Part shown: positions 18,879 through 27,711 of the stretch, in pieces
Layout: every line of letters begins with the position of its first letter
Numbering within the stretch: position 1 is the stretch's first letter
Assembly: GCA_032128875.1 (NCBI GenBank)
Contig: JAVLKG010000003.1
Location: 353,008 to 417,007, forward strand
Direction of reading: 5' to 3'
Length of the DNA stretch: 64,000 nucleotides
DNA from: Candidatus Melainabacteria bacterium 17Bon1m
GTDB lineage: Bacteria; Cyanobacteriota; Vampirovibrionia; Obscuribacterales; Obscuribacteraceae
The notes under the pieces: generated by a model
What the model saw: only the letters and a program-made list of their open reading frames with translations
What the model was told of the DNA's origin: nothing
Databases searched by the model: none
Position numbers and translations under genes: made by a program

Positions 18879-20105
18879 ATGACTGGCAAGCATCTCCACG
18901 TTTTTCCACAAGAAGCGACTGTTCAATTGGGACAAGTCACTTATTCTGCGGTGGTGGAAAAACCTGATGGGCAAAAGGAAAAACTCTGGTATCGTCTGCC
19001 TGAAGCGTATCTCGATGCAATCGATGACAGCGCCGACTATCTAGTGATAGCTAACATCTTTCAGGCGATGGAAGCAGGTGTGGACTGCCGCGTTCACGGT
19101 AGAGTGTCGAGTACTTTGTTGCGAAACGTGTCTGAGTTTCAAAGCCTCTGGGCAACCTGGTTTCCAGAGCGCTACAAGTGCGTGGACATTATTGCTGATA
19201 TTGAAGATGGTCCCAATATTTACGGAAATGGTTCGAATCACTCAGGTGACGAACATGGCGGAGCAGCTGTTTTGAATGCGGCAATTGCTGCATATACAGG
19301 CGGAATCGACAGCTCCTACACTGTTATGCGACACCATCGAAAACTATGCGGGCGAATGACTCAACCTTTGCGCGCTTGTCTTTTCGTGCATGGATTCGAC
19401 ATACCCTTGCCAGATGAGGATGCGTTTCGGCGGGTCGAAGAACGGCTAAAGAAGACTCTTTTGGATACGAACCTTGAATTAATTCCAATGGCAAGCAATC
19501 ACAAAGAATTAAATCAACAATGGGATCACACTCACATTGCCGGCGTCGCATCTTGCCTTATGTTGCTGAGTAAACGCTTCGATAGAGCCCTCATCGGAAG
19601 TACATTTACGTATCACGAAGCGTCCATGAAGTGGGGCAGCAACCCTATTTCCGACCGCCTGCTTTCCAGCCACAGGATGAGTTTCTTTCATGATGGTGCT
19701 GAAACCGGGCGCGGTGGAAAAATGGTGGCGCTGCGCGATTGGCCTGAAGCATATGATGATTTGCGCATATGCTGGAGCGCTGCCAACAAGGACGAAAATT
19801 GTGGAACGTGCGGAAAGTGCGCGTTGAGTTTGCTGGGCTTTAGGTATAAAAATCTTCCCTTGCCGAAGTCCTTTCCTTCGGGTCTTTCAGAATCAATGAT
19901 CGAAAATCTGGTCTTTGACGAATCGCATTTGGGAGCTGCCGAAACACTCTTGAAGTTTGCATTGAGAGAATCAGAGCAAGCACCGTGGGTAGCGGCACTA
20001 AAGAAGTGCGTGAAAACCAATCAGGAACGATTGGGCGCCACGAATAGCGGCAAAGGTACATTCTATAGCCGTGTGAAACGCAGGCTTGGTCGCCTTACGC
20101 AGTAA
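18879..20105 (+). CDS. PP-loop (adenine nucleotide alpha-hydrolase-like) protein with QueC-like Cys motif, copy 1
   Basis: YTGGIDSSY PP-loop and RICW..NCGTCGKC motif; paralog of 31272-32447. Confidence 0.75.
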   Translation: MTGKHLHVFPQEATVQLGQVTYSAVVEKPDGQKEKLWYRLPEAYLDAIDDSADYLVIANIFQAMEAGVDCRVHGRVSSTLLRNVSEFQSLWATWFPERYKCVDIIADIEDGPNIYGNGSNHSGDEHGGAAVLNAAIAAYTGGIDSSYTVMRHHRKLCGRMTQPLRACLFVHGFDIPLPDEDAFRRVEERLKKTLLDTNLELIPMASNHKELNQQWDHTHIAGVASCLMLLSKRFDRALIGSTFTYHEASMKWGSNPISDRLLSSHRMSFFHDGAETGRGGKMVALRDWPEAYDDLRICWSAANKDENCGTCGKCALSLLGFRYKNLPLPKSFPSGLSESMIENLVFDESHLGAAETLLKFALRESEQAPWVAALKKCVKTNQERLGATNSGKGTFYSRVKRRLGRLTQ

Positions 20106-20119
20106 TTTTAGGATCATTC

Positions 20120-20172
20120 GTAGGGGCGGCGCATGCGCCGCCCTGGCAGGGAGCCGCATGCGGCTCCCCTAC
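20120..20172. repeat. Inverted pair of GTAG-type REP palindromes between convergent genes
   Basis: GTAGGGGCGGCGCATGCGCCGCCC ... GGGAGCCGCATGCGGCTCCCCTAC. Confidence 0.85.
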
Positions 20173-20205
20173 TTTAAAGTGTTAACGACCGACATCGCTA
20201 AGGTG

Positions 20206-21006
20206 TTAAAGTCCGACGCCCAGAGCCAGCAAGGCGCATTTGTCCAAGCCGTCAAAACCTAGAGATGAATTGATTTCTGAGTCTACGAATCCCGCGGTTG
20301 CACAGACGCAAAGTCCGAGTGCGTTTGCAGTCAAATAGATGTTTTCTGAGACGTGACCGGCATCCATTAATCCGAGCCTGTATGCTCTAATGGTGTATTT
20401 CTCCGCCAGGCGAGCCATATCGCAAGACAGAATCAGTACAGCGCCAGCGTCGCCAAATTCGACTTGAAGAATTCCGAATTCCTTGAGCCAGGTCGAGAAA
20501 TTGCCTTTTTTCTTTAACACGAGTTCGTGCTTGCGCCGATCAAATCTATAGATCCCCGGCTCAACTCCTTCGATATTTAAAACAAATAGGTCTATTTGGG
20601 TTGAAGCTAATCCGCCTGCGGAGGGGAAGTTGAAGCCAGCCCCGTAACTCGTTTCTGTTTTGTCGGAAGCTTCAGTCGCCTGCGTACGTGCGCCATTTGC
20701 AAGATACAATACCTTTGCTAAATGCGACACTGGAAGAGCTTTGTTGGAAAAACTCTTCTTGCTCGTTCGATTCGTGATTGCTGTTTGTACTGGCATATCT
20801 GCACTTACAGCATTTACATCGAGTTTGATTCGCACTTCTTGCGCAGCACCTTCGACCGTCTTTTCGGCGGTCTCGCTGCCTAGAGGTGAAGCACTTCGTT
20901 CATAGTTCATCTCATAAGATGCGCGGTTCCATTTCGCAGCCTTTTTGTTACAGCTTTCAGTGTGGTAGACATCGGCGCTTGAGCCGGGATTGTGGATTAG
21001 TTTCAT
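20206..21006 (-). CDS. SagB/ThcOx family FMN-dependent azoline dehydrogenase, cassette 1
   Basis: NRTSKKSF, FPSAGGL, GIYRFD, KYTIRAYR, DAGHVSENIYL, GFVD nitroreductase-fold motifs. Confidence 0.9.
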   Translation of the reverse strand: MKLIHNPGSSADVYHTESCNKKAAKWNRASYEMNYERSASPLGSETAEKTVEGAAQEVRIKLDVNAVSADMPVQTAITNRTSKKSFSNKALPVSHLAKVLYLANGARTQATEASDKTETSYGAGFNFPSAGGLASTQIDLFVLNIEGVEPGIYRFDRRKHELVLKKKGNFSTWLKEFGILQVEFGDAGAVLILSCDMARLAEKYTIRAYRLGLMDAGHVSENIYLTANALGLCVCATAGFVDSEINSSLGFDGLDKCALLALGVGL

Positions 21007-21008
21007 AC

Positions 21009-22316
21009 TTATGGAAATGGATGTGCGTCGTGGTTGAAGTCTTTTGCAGAACGTTGAGTTGGAGTGTCATTGCATAAACGTGGGCAAGCGAGCCAGCGCA
21101 CTTTGTGAGCGACAATCAAAGGCACCATTTCCGGTACCGTCACTTTGACGCACACGCCAAGTTCGCTGGCTTCGGTCGAGGTGAGATCGCTCCACATAAC
21201 GGTCAATCCAATTTCTTCCAGGCGTCTTGCGACGTTTGCCAAATCCTCCATGGAATGTGGCGCCTGAAGCCAATCTCTGTCCTTATAGTCTTGCAGTGTA
21301 ATTTCATTCGTATTGTCTTTTAGAAGGAAGTCCAACGCTGGACTATTGGGCCAATTTGCATAGAGATTGGCGTGGTCGGAAAATGATTTGACCCAATCGA
21401 ATTCGGTAAATGACTGAACCACTGCATCGCTTCCAAATTTATGTTGCGCAAAACGTATTGCCATCGCTTCGTCGATCGCGCCGCAGCATGCGATTTCAGC
21501 ATCTTCATGGGCCGATGCACCGGCAACATAATATGGAAAGCGTTCGCTTTCTAATACGCAAAATACTGCCGGTATCGGAAAGTCGCGCGTCATGCTGAAA
21601 ATGTTTACTCTTGTCCCGCTCTTTTCTATAAGTGAGATGCGCTGCCCAAGCTCTCGCCCGACAGATTCCTTTTCTATGCGCAATTTTGGTATAGAAACTT
21701 TATTGAGCCAAAAGATCATCATCTGATCTCTTTCGGCAAGTTCGAGCAAACCTGACCAGATCGCTTGTACTCTATTGCTGTAGAACGAAAGTCCGGCAGA
21801 AGTGGGAAGAGCGATGAGCGGTTCTGGAGCTTTCGCCCAGAACGACATGTGCACAGTGCCTGCGGGAATCCAGTAATCCTTTCCGTCGCTTCCGTCCTTC
21901 AAACGTTTTGCCGGTGTATGAGTTAGAAGTGTGTCGTCTGCATAGCCGATACCTGGACCTTTGAAGCTGTCGCTGCATGTTTCATCGGGCAAGCAATAGG
22001 GAAACAGTTTCAAAAGCTCGCTATCCCCTGCTTTCATCTGTCGCAGTTCCGCTGAGTGCAGTGAGTTGTAGCCCGTATAACGCTCGACTGCTTCACCTAG
22101 TGCACGCAGCATTGCTTCGTTGGGATCCAGCGAACAGCCCAAAGCATTGGGCGTGTCGGCAGTAAAAAACTTTCCTATCGTTCGAACCAGGTCGCCTTGG
22201 TACAGCCACCACGGCGGTTCTGGTCGCTCCAGGCGCATTCCCCGAAAGCGTGTAATCGGTCCGAACCGGGGGTTTACCCAATTCAAAACCGGTGCAAGCG
22301 GTCCTGGGCTATGCAT
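21009..22316 (-). CDS. YcaO cyclodehydratase (D protein), cassette 1
   Basis: GEAVERY, SAGLS, LELAERD, IDEA ATP-binding motifs; C-terminal HPFP; ATG 22316 overlaps the upstream gene end. Confidence 0.92.
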   Translation of the reverse strand: MHSPGPLAPVLNWVNPRFGPITRFRGMRLERPEPPWWLYQGDLVRTIGKFFTADTPNALGCSLDPNEAMLRALGEAVERYTGYNSLHSAELRQMKAGDSELLKLFPYCLPDETCSDSFKGPGIGYADDTLLTHTPAKRLKDGSDGKDYWIPAGTVHMSFWAKAPEPLIALPTSAGLSFYSNRVQAIWSGLLELAERDQMMIFWLNKVSIPKLRIEKESVGRELGQRISLIEKSGTRVNIFSMTRDFPIPAVFCVLESERFPYYVAGASAHEDAEIACCGAIDEAMAIRFAQHKFGSDAVVQSFTEFDWVKSFSDHANLYANWPNSPALDFLLKDNTNEITLQDYKDRDWLQAPHSMEDLANVARRLEEIGLTVMWSDLTSTEASELGVCVKVTVPEMVPLIVAHKVRWLACPRLCNDTPTQRSAKDFNHDAHPFP

Positions 22317-23448
22317 ATGCAGAGTCTCTTTCCGGCTGCACGTCGCCACGGACATCAACCGCGCCACTGAAACAGTCAGGGCATCGTGCAACCTTTTTGA
22401 CTTTGAGTTGCTCGGTGTGTCCATCAAAAGTGTTGAATATCACTGCTCCTAATGTGACAGGCAAGCTGATCTTGGTTATCGCTCTAATAACTTCCATAGA
22501 AATTTGCGCACCTCCTGCGGTGGCAAAGGCCAGGGATTCTCCCTGCATTGGTCTTTCGCTCTTAGGCAAGGATTCTATATGCTGCGAATAGAGGGATTCT
22601 TCGATAGGGTGATCGCTAGCGCTGCGCGTGCGCAAGACATAGCACGTGTAGCAAGCTGTATCGCGAGGCACTACGAGTGGACCGATTTCGAGTTCTACCG
22701 CACTCTCATTTGCGCGCAGCCAATCAATTGGCGTTTCGAGCGAAATTTGGTTGATGCGGTTGAAAAAGCTTTGAGGTGCGTTTCGCGTAGCTGTGACCAA
22801 AAGATCTGCTGTGTCTACTTTCGATTCAATTAATTCGGCAAGGGTGTCGAGGGTGTCGGCATGGGTATAGCTAGTCTGCATGCCATTGTTTTGCGCATCT
22901 TCAACTAATTTCTTTAGGTCTGTGTTGTTAAGTCTGTCGATCACTTCAATTGTATTGATGCCCGATCGGTGCAGAATATCGAACGTGCAGCATCCTAAAA
23001 GCCCGTCGGCGACAAGAACTATCTTCGCTCCCTTCAGTTTGCTTTCCACTTCTTTGGCTGATGTATTGTTGCGCGTAAAACCAAGTTTTCTACCCCAGAA
23101 TAAGCGCTGTTTCGCGTCCAGCCCTTGTTTGCCTGTCTCTACCGATGCCTCTTTCGTCTCGGCATCGACCAAATAGCCCTTTCTAACGAGCAGTAATAGC
23201 AGCTCTTCAATCTCAGCCTCATGTGAGCCAGCTGGGCGACTTTTGACGATGTTTTCCAATGATGTCTTTTGCTTAAGTTCGCCAATTAGCCAGGGCATCA
23301 AGCCGACTGCAAGCCGCCCGCGCACTACAAGATTTGTCGCGCCACCGCGCACTTGCATCCCCAACCCGTCAGGCATTTCGAAGACGTCGAGGTCATCAAC
23401 CAGGGTTGGTTTCTTGGGAAAGCGTAAGTTCGGGTCTTTGATAGTCAT
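22309..23448 (-). CDS. E1/ThiF-like leader-peptide-binding partner of YcaO (C protein) with N-terminal RRE-like region, cassette 1
   Basis: Winged-helix-like N-terminus (LLLLVRKGYLVD), Rossmann-like IVLVADGLLG, IGPLVVPRDTACYTC, C-terminal RCPDC. Confidence 0.88.
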   Translation of the reverse strand: MTIKDPNLRFPKKPTLVDDLDVFEMPDGLGMQVRGGATNLVVRGRLAVGLMPWLIGELKQKTSLENIVKSRPAGSHEAEIEELLLLLVRKGYLVDAETKEASVETGKQGLDAKQRLFWGRKLGFTRNNTSAKEVESKLKGAKIVLVADGLLGCCTFDILHRSGINTIEVIDRLNNTDLKKLVEDAQNNGMQTSYTHADTLDTLAELIESKVDTADLLVTATRNAPQSFFNRINQISLETPIDWLRANESAVELEIGPLVVPRDTACYTCYVLRTRSASDHPIEESLYSQHIESLPKSERPMQGESLAFATAGGAQISMEVIRAITKISLPVTLGAVIFNTFDGHTEQLKVKKVARCPDCFSGAVDVRGDVQPERDSAYA

Positions 23449-23502
23449 TTTGATTCTCTTGTAGATTGCCGATCTTACAAGCTTTTATGGGGTGTAAGAA
23501 GA

Positions 23503-23536
23503 AAAAATGATAGCCAGTTTAGTGACTATCATTTTT
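23503..23536 (-). terminator. Hairpin/terminator between precursor genes and cassette-1 enzymes
   Basis: Minus strand aaaaatgatagtca-ctaaac-tggctatcattttt with a U tract. Confidence 0.65.
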
Positions 23537-23560
23537 GAATGATTGAATTTGTCTCAGCTT

Positions 23561-23761
23561 TTAGAAATCTGCCAATGGTGTCGGCGGCACGAATTCGCAG
23601 CCATCGCAGGCGCACGGTCCTTTCGGAACTGCCATTTTCTGATTGCGTTGCGAGATGGTTTCAACAACCAGCAATTTCTCAACATCAGTGTTGTTCAGAT
23701 AGTTGAGGTAATCGGCTTGGAAGTCTGCAGTTTCGGTGATTGTGTTCTTTAGAGATGACAT
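23561..23761 (-). CDS. RiPP precursor peptide A3 (66 aa; core ...KGPCACDGCEFVPPTPLADF)
   Basis: AGGGG RBS before ATG 23761; paralog of A1 and A2; adjacent to YcaO machinery. Confidence 0.88.
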   Translation of the reverse strand: MSSLKNTITETADFQADYLNYLNNTDVEKLLVVETISQRNQKMAVPKGPCACDGCEFVPPTPLADF

Positions 23762-23783
23762 CTTTTGCCCCTGTTGTTTGCTT

Positions 23784-23987
23784 TTAGAACTGAAAATCTG
23801 GTGTTGGGGGTTGGAATTGGCAGCCGTCGCATGCGCAGGGACCCGACGGCTTGGCCATGCGCTGATTGCGCTGAGAAAGGGTTTCAGCGACAAGCATCTT
23901 ATCGAGTTGTTCGTTGGCGTTCAGATAGTTCAAATAATCTGATTCGAACTCGTTTGTCTGGCTTGTAGTTTGATTTTTGGCTGACAT
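23784..23987 (-). CDS. RiPP precursor peptide A2 (67 aa; core ...SGPCACDGCQFQPPTPDFQF)
   Basis: AAAGGG RBS; paralog of A1 and A3. Confidence 0.9.
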   Translation of the reverse strand: MSAKNQTTSQTNEFESDYLNYLNANEQLDKMLVAETLSQRNQRMAKPSGPCACDGCQFQPPTPDFQF

Positions 23988-24010
23988 TTTGATGCCCTTT
24001 CTGAGTGTTT

Positions 24011-24211
24011 TTAGAAACTAAAATCTGGCTGCGGTGGTTGAAATGTGCAGTTGTCACATGCACACGGACCCGATGGCTTGCTCACGGTTTGTTGTTGCTG
24101 AGAGAGAGTCTGAGCAACAAGGGCTTCGTCAGCGCCTTGTTTGAAATCGAGATAGGTTTGGTAATCTTGCAGAAATTCCAAAGCTTCGTTTGACTGAAAA
24201 TTGTTTGACAC
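24011..24211 (-). CDS. RiPP precursor peptide A1 (66 aa; core ...SGPCACDNCTFQPPQPDFSF)
   Basis: GTG start at 24211 with AGAGGG RBS gives a length matching the paralogs. Confidence 0.88.
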   Translation of the reverse strand: MSNNFQSNEALEFLQDYQTYLDFKQGADEALVAQTLSQQQQTVSKPSGPCACDNCTFQPPQPDFSF

Positions 24212-24348
24212 AGCTTCCCTCTCTATTAATGATGGCCACTTATCCCTGGCCGCCGAAAGCATATTATCTTATTGACAATCTTGGTGGCGTAACAGTGGGC
24301 GCGGAATTCGGCGATAATGCAAAAGGTTACGAACCGGACAGCATCGCA

Positions 24349-25704
24349 GTGAGTCCAGATTCCACCCCGGACCTTAACTCCCCGACGGGACAAGAAAGAG
24401 CGACCGGGAAATCAAATTCAGCTATTGATTCGCTCTTTTCCTTCTTTCTGCTGTCGGAAGATGGATTAGATGCGCTGAGCCGAATAATGGGCTTGCTTTC
24501 GATTTACACGTGTTTCGAAATCTTTAAAAGGCTTAATTGGTTAAGAGCGGAGTATCAAGTCGAATCCTGGTGGTGGCGGGACCAGTGTCTTGCGTTGCCT
24601 GATTCTGAAACCCTGGCCATTATTTTGCTTTCCATCTGTGCCATCGCCGGACTTGCGATGGTGTTCGGCGTAAGAAGTAAGCTGGCGCCAGCCGTGGTGG
24701 CATTATGCGTCTTGTACCTGACATGTTTGGACGTGAATATTGCATTTCCGCATAGCTTTTTTCTTGCCATTTGGGTTTGTGTGGCGTTGATCTTCAGGCG
24801 CGCCAGAAGGTCCGCAACCCGCCGCCTTATCCAGCTTGCTTTGTTCGCTTGTTATTCGCTTTCCGCCCTGCAAAAGATCTTTACCCCGCAGTTTATTCAA
24901 GGGGATTCGCTTGCGGCATTGAAATACGGACCCAACCTGGATGCCTGGGTCTTGAAGGCTGTCAGCCAGATTCCCAGTTCGTCGGGATTGTGGCAGCTTT
25001 TCGCAATCGTCGTCGTTGTTGTCGAACTCGCTCTTGCGCTTGGCCTGTGGCATCCGAAGACTCGCAAGTTTGCTGTCGTTGGCATCATTGTGTTTCAGTC
25101 GCTGATTCTTCTGACCATGGATCCGCGCATTCTGCCTCTTCACTTGATGATCTGTCTTTGCTGTCTTTCCTTTGTCAACCCAGTTGCAATTGAAAAGCGA
25201 TTTGCATGGCTGACGAATAGAGTCGAAGCGTCCGCCGGTTCTCTTGCTGGTTTGAAAGAGCTGGACTGTAAGCCACCAGGGGTGGTGTACACAACACTTA
25301 CCATTCTCGCCACTGGGATCTTCTTTGCTATCCCATTAAGGATTTATCTCTATCCGAACGCATTCGAGCAAATGTCGATGATGGACAGGCGTCCATGGAC
25401 ATTTTGCATGTTTGTGTGTTTGGAAGGGCGGTACAAGACAAGCATTGTCTTGAAACGAAAAGACGGCAATCTAGTCTGGGTTGAACCACGCGGAAGAATG
25501 GCTTACTTGTCCAGCGACACTGACATGCTGGCGTTAGCAAAGTATCTGGAAAAAACATATCCAGGCGTTTTGGAAATCAAAATAGAGTCGCAATACGACG
25601 TAAACATGACCAGCCGAGACCACAAGGTTCTCACGGCGCAAGCTTGTGATATCGGAGGCTTTAAACACCGAATAAGCTGGCACAGAGAGGCTTTAAAATA
25701 CTAG
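24349..25704 (+). CDS. HTTM-domain membrane protein (SdpB/vitamin K-dependent carboxylase N-terminal-like); start uncertain
   Basis: Multiple TMs with YSLSALQK...FIQGDSL and VVELALALGLW.PKTRK motifs typical of HTTM; soluble C-domain with PWTFCMF. Confidence 0.7.
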   Translation: MSPDSTPDLNSPTGQERATGKSNSAIDSLFSFFLLSEDGLDALSRIMGLLSIYTCFEIFKRLNWLRAEYQVESWWWRDQCLALPDSETLAIILLSICAIAGLAMVFGVRSKLAPAVVALCVLYLTCLDVNIAFPHSFFLAIWVCVALIFRRARRSATRRLIQLALFACYSLSALQKIFTPQFIQGDSLAALKYGPNLDAWVLKAVSQIPSSSGLWQLFAIVVVVVELALALGLWHPKTRKFAVVGIIVFQSLILLTMDPRILPLHLMICLCCLSFVNPVAIEKRFAWLTNRVEASAGSLAGLKELDCKPPGVVYTTLTILATGIFFAIPLRIYLYPNAFEQMSMMDRRPWTFCMFVCLEGRYKTSIVLKRKDGNLVWVEPRGRMAYLSSDTDMLALAKYLEKTYPGVLEIKIESQYDVNMTSRDHKVLTAQACDIGGFKHRISWHREALKY

Positions 25705-26630
25705 TTACGCATGCCAAGTTTTTTCAGCGCTACATAGGAAATTTGCTTGGCTAGCCTGGGAGCGCTTGCAAGAATCTGCTCTGAGTGTTGTGCCTGTTTT
25801 TCGAGTGTTTCATACTGTTGCAAGAGATCGTGAAACTCCTTGCTTAGCTTCTCATAAGTCGCTTGTCTGGTATCAACTTCTGGCTTCACGTAATTTTGAG
25901 TCTGCATATTTTTGATCATGCCTTCAAGCATTCGAGGCAAATGCTCCTTTGTAGACTCAAGATGTTGAAGAAGTACTTTTAAAAATTCGAGGTCCAGCGT
26001 TTTGACGTTTTGGCTCCAGGAATCAGAGTGCCTGCGATAAAAGTATAAGGGCTCAGGATGGTAAGCAAATTTAGTGCCGATTTCTAGAAGCGAAATCCAA
26101 AATTCAGTGTCCACAATTGCTTTTATGTTCTTGTATCCACCAACTTTGTCATAAGATTCTCGCTTTAGAAGCAGAGTGTTGTGTGGATAGTGTCCTGAAA
26201 TAATATCTCCCAGGTCGGCGCTAGGCTTATACACATAGTTGTGAATGCCGAAGACTTGAACATCGCTAAAGGCAGCAGAAGCATTGTTTTCGTTCATCAC
26301 TTTGAGCGTCGCTTCAATGTAGTTTGGTGCGATTAAATCATCGCTATCCAGTGGCAGTAGCAGCTCTCCATTGCTGTTGCGGGCTGCGGTATTTCGAGTT
26401 TCACCATTCCCGCGGTTGGTTTCATGGCGGAAAATCCTGATGCGGGGATCGCTGAAATTTGCCAGCACTTCATCAGCTGGGCAAACAGGAGAACAATCAT
26501 CGACAATGACGAGTTCCCAGTTTTGATAAGTCTGTGCGACCACGCTGTTGACGGTTTCCACCAGATAATTGCCAAGTTTGTAATACGGAGTAAGTATGCT
26601 CACTAGTGGTTGAGCTGTAGTCGTTTTCAT
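25701..26630 (-). CDS. GT2 glycosyltransferase with C-terminal coiled coil
   Basis: VSILTPYY, QTYQNWELVIVDDCS, RN, LDSDD, VGGY, YRRH. Confidence 0.92.
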   Translation of the reverse strand: MKTTTAQPLVSILTPYYKLGNYLVETVNSVVAQTYQNWELVIVDDCSPVCPADEVLANFSDPRIRIFRHETNRGNGETRNTAARNSNGELLLPLDSDDLIAPNYIEATLKVMNENNASAAFSDVQVFGIHNYVYKPSADLGDIISGHYPHNTLLLKRESYDKVGGYKNIKAIVDTEFWISLLEIGTKFAYHPEPLYFYRRHSDSWSQNVKTLDLEFLKVLLQHLESTKEHLPRMLEGMIKNMQTQNYVKPEVDTRQATYEKLSKEFHDLLQQYETLEKQAQHSEQILASAPRLAKQISYVALKKLGMRN

Positions 26631-26638
26631 TGCTCGAT

Positions 26639-27559
26639 TTACCGCAACCCCGCCTTTTTCAAGGAAACATACGAAAGTTGGCGCGTCAGTTGCGGCAGGC
26701 TCGCCAGCATTTCTTCATTGCGCCTGACACGTTTTTCCAAACTTTCATACTTTGCTCTCAGGTCGGCGTATTCTGATTGCAAATGAGAAATTTCCGAGTC
26801 GATTTGGCTGGTGCTTTGTGCGGCATAGTAAGCCGCCTTCTGCTCTATCCATTTTTCGAGCACGACTTCCAAGTGTTGGGAAAGTGAATGATGATGTGAA
26901 AGCAAGACTTCCAGAAAATCTTTCGCGACTGCTGAACCTCGCATGCGCATGAGTCCATCTTCATGAGTGCGATACAGATAGAGGGGCTCTTCCACGAATG
27001 CGAATTTAACGCCTGATTCGATTGCTGAAATCCAAAACTCAGTATCTTCGATTGCAGCAATGGGCTTGTAGCCACCTACTGAGTCATAGACTTCTCGCTT
27101 CATTAGCAGTGTATTGCAGGGATAATGCCCTGAAAAAATGTCGCATAGGCGTGTGCTGGGCGTGTAGATAAAATCGAATTTTCCGAAGTACTTTACTTGC
27201 GAGTAAGCGGCTGATGATCCCGTTTCTCCCAAGGCTCTCAACATTTTTTCGATGTAGGTCGGCTCCAGCAAGTCGTCTGAATCGAGTGGCAATAGATATT
27301 CGCCTTTGCTGTTTGAAGCGGCAGTGTTGCGCGCTGCCGATACACCTAGATTTGAATCGTGCCGCAATAAGCGGATGCGCGGATCGGTTTGCTGCGCAAG
27401 TACAGAGGTTGCCGACATTTCTGGAGAGCAATCGTCAACAACAAGGAGTTCCCAGTTTTGGTAAGTTTGCCTCTTGACTGACTCAACTGCTTCGACCAGG
27501 AACTGACCAAGTCGGTAGTAGGGCATCAAAATGCTGATGAGAGGTTGGTTCGACTGCAT
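26639..27559 (-). CDS. GT2 glycosyltransferase with C-terminal coiled coil (tandem paralog)
   Basis: ISILMPYY, QTYQNWELLVVDDCS, GVSAARN, LDSDD, EDTEFW. Confidence 0.92.
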   Translation of the reverse strand: MQSNQPLISILMPYYRLGQFLVEAVESVKRQTYQNWELLVVDDCSPEMSATSVLAQQTDPRIRLLRHDSNLGVSAARNTAASNSKGEYLLPLDSDDLLEPTYIEKMLRALGETGSSAAYSQVKYFGKFDFIYTPSTRLCDIFSGHYPCNTLLMKREVYDSVGGYKPIAAIEDTEFWISAIESGVKFAFVEEPLYLYRTHEDGLMRMRGSAVAKDFLEVLLSHHHSLSQHLEVVLEKWIEQKAAYYAAQSTSQIDSEISHLQSEYADLRAKYESLEKRVRRNEEMLASLPQLTRQLSYVSLKKAGLR

Positions 27560-27711
27560 CTTTGGATATCCTCTGTCTGCTGTACTTTAAAGAACCCGCT
27601 ATTTCAACAAGTTAGTTCTGTGTAATTTTGGAGTTTTATCTTTTTCAATTGACACTCGACATCAGGCCAAGTGGTTAGCATTGTGGATAGGGGTCATCCA
27701 GGAGTTCTAGT

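Noticed and set aside
23762-23893. 110 aa extended version of precursor A3 and 83 aa version of A1 from the ORF track
   Set aside because: Extensions overlap the neighbouring gene or lack an RBS; shorter starts give matching 66-67 aa paralogs with an RBS
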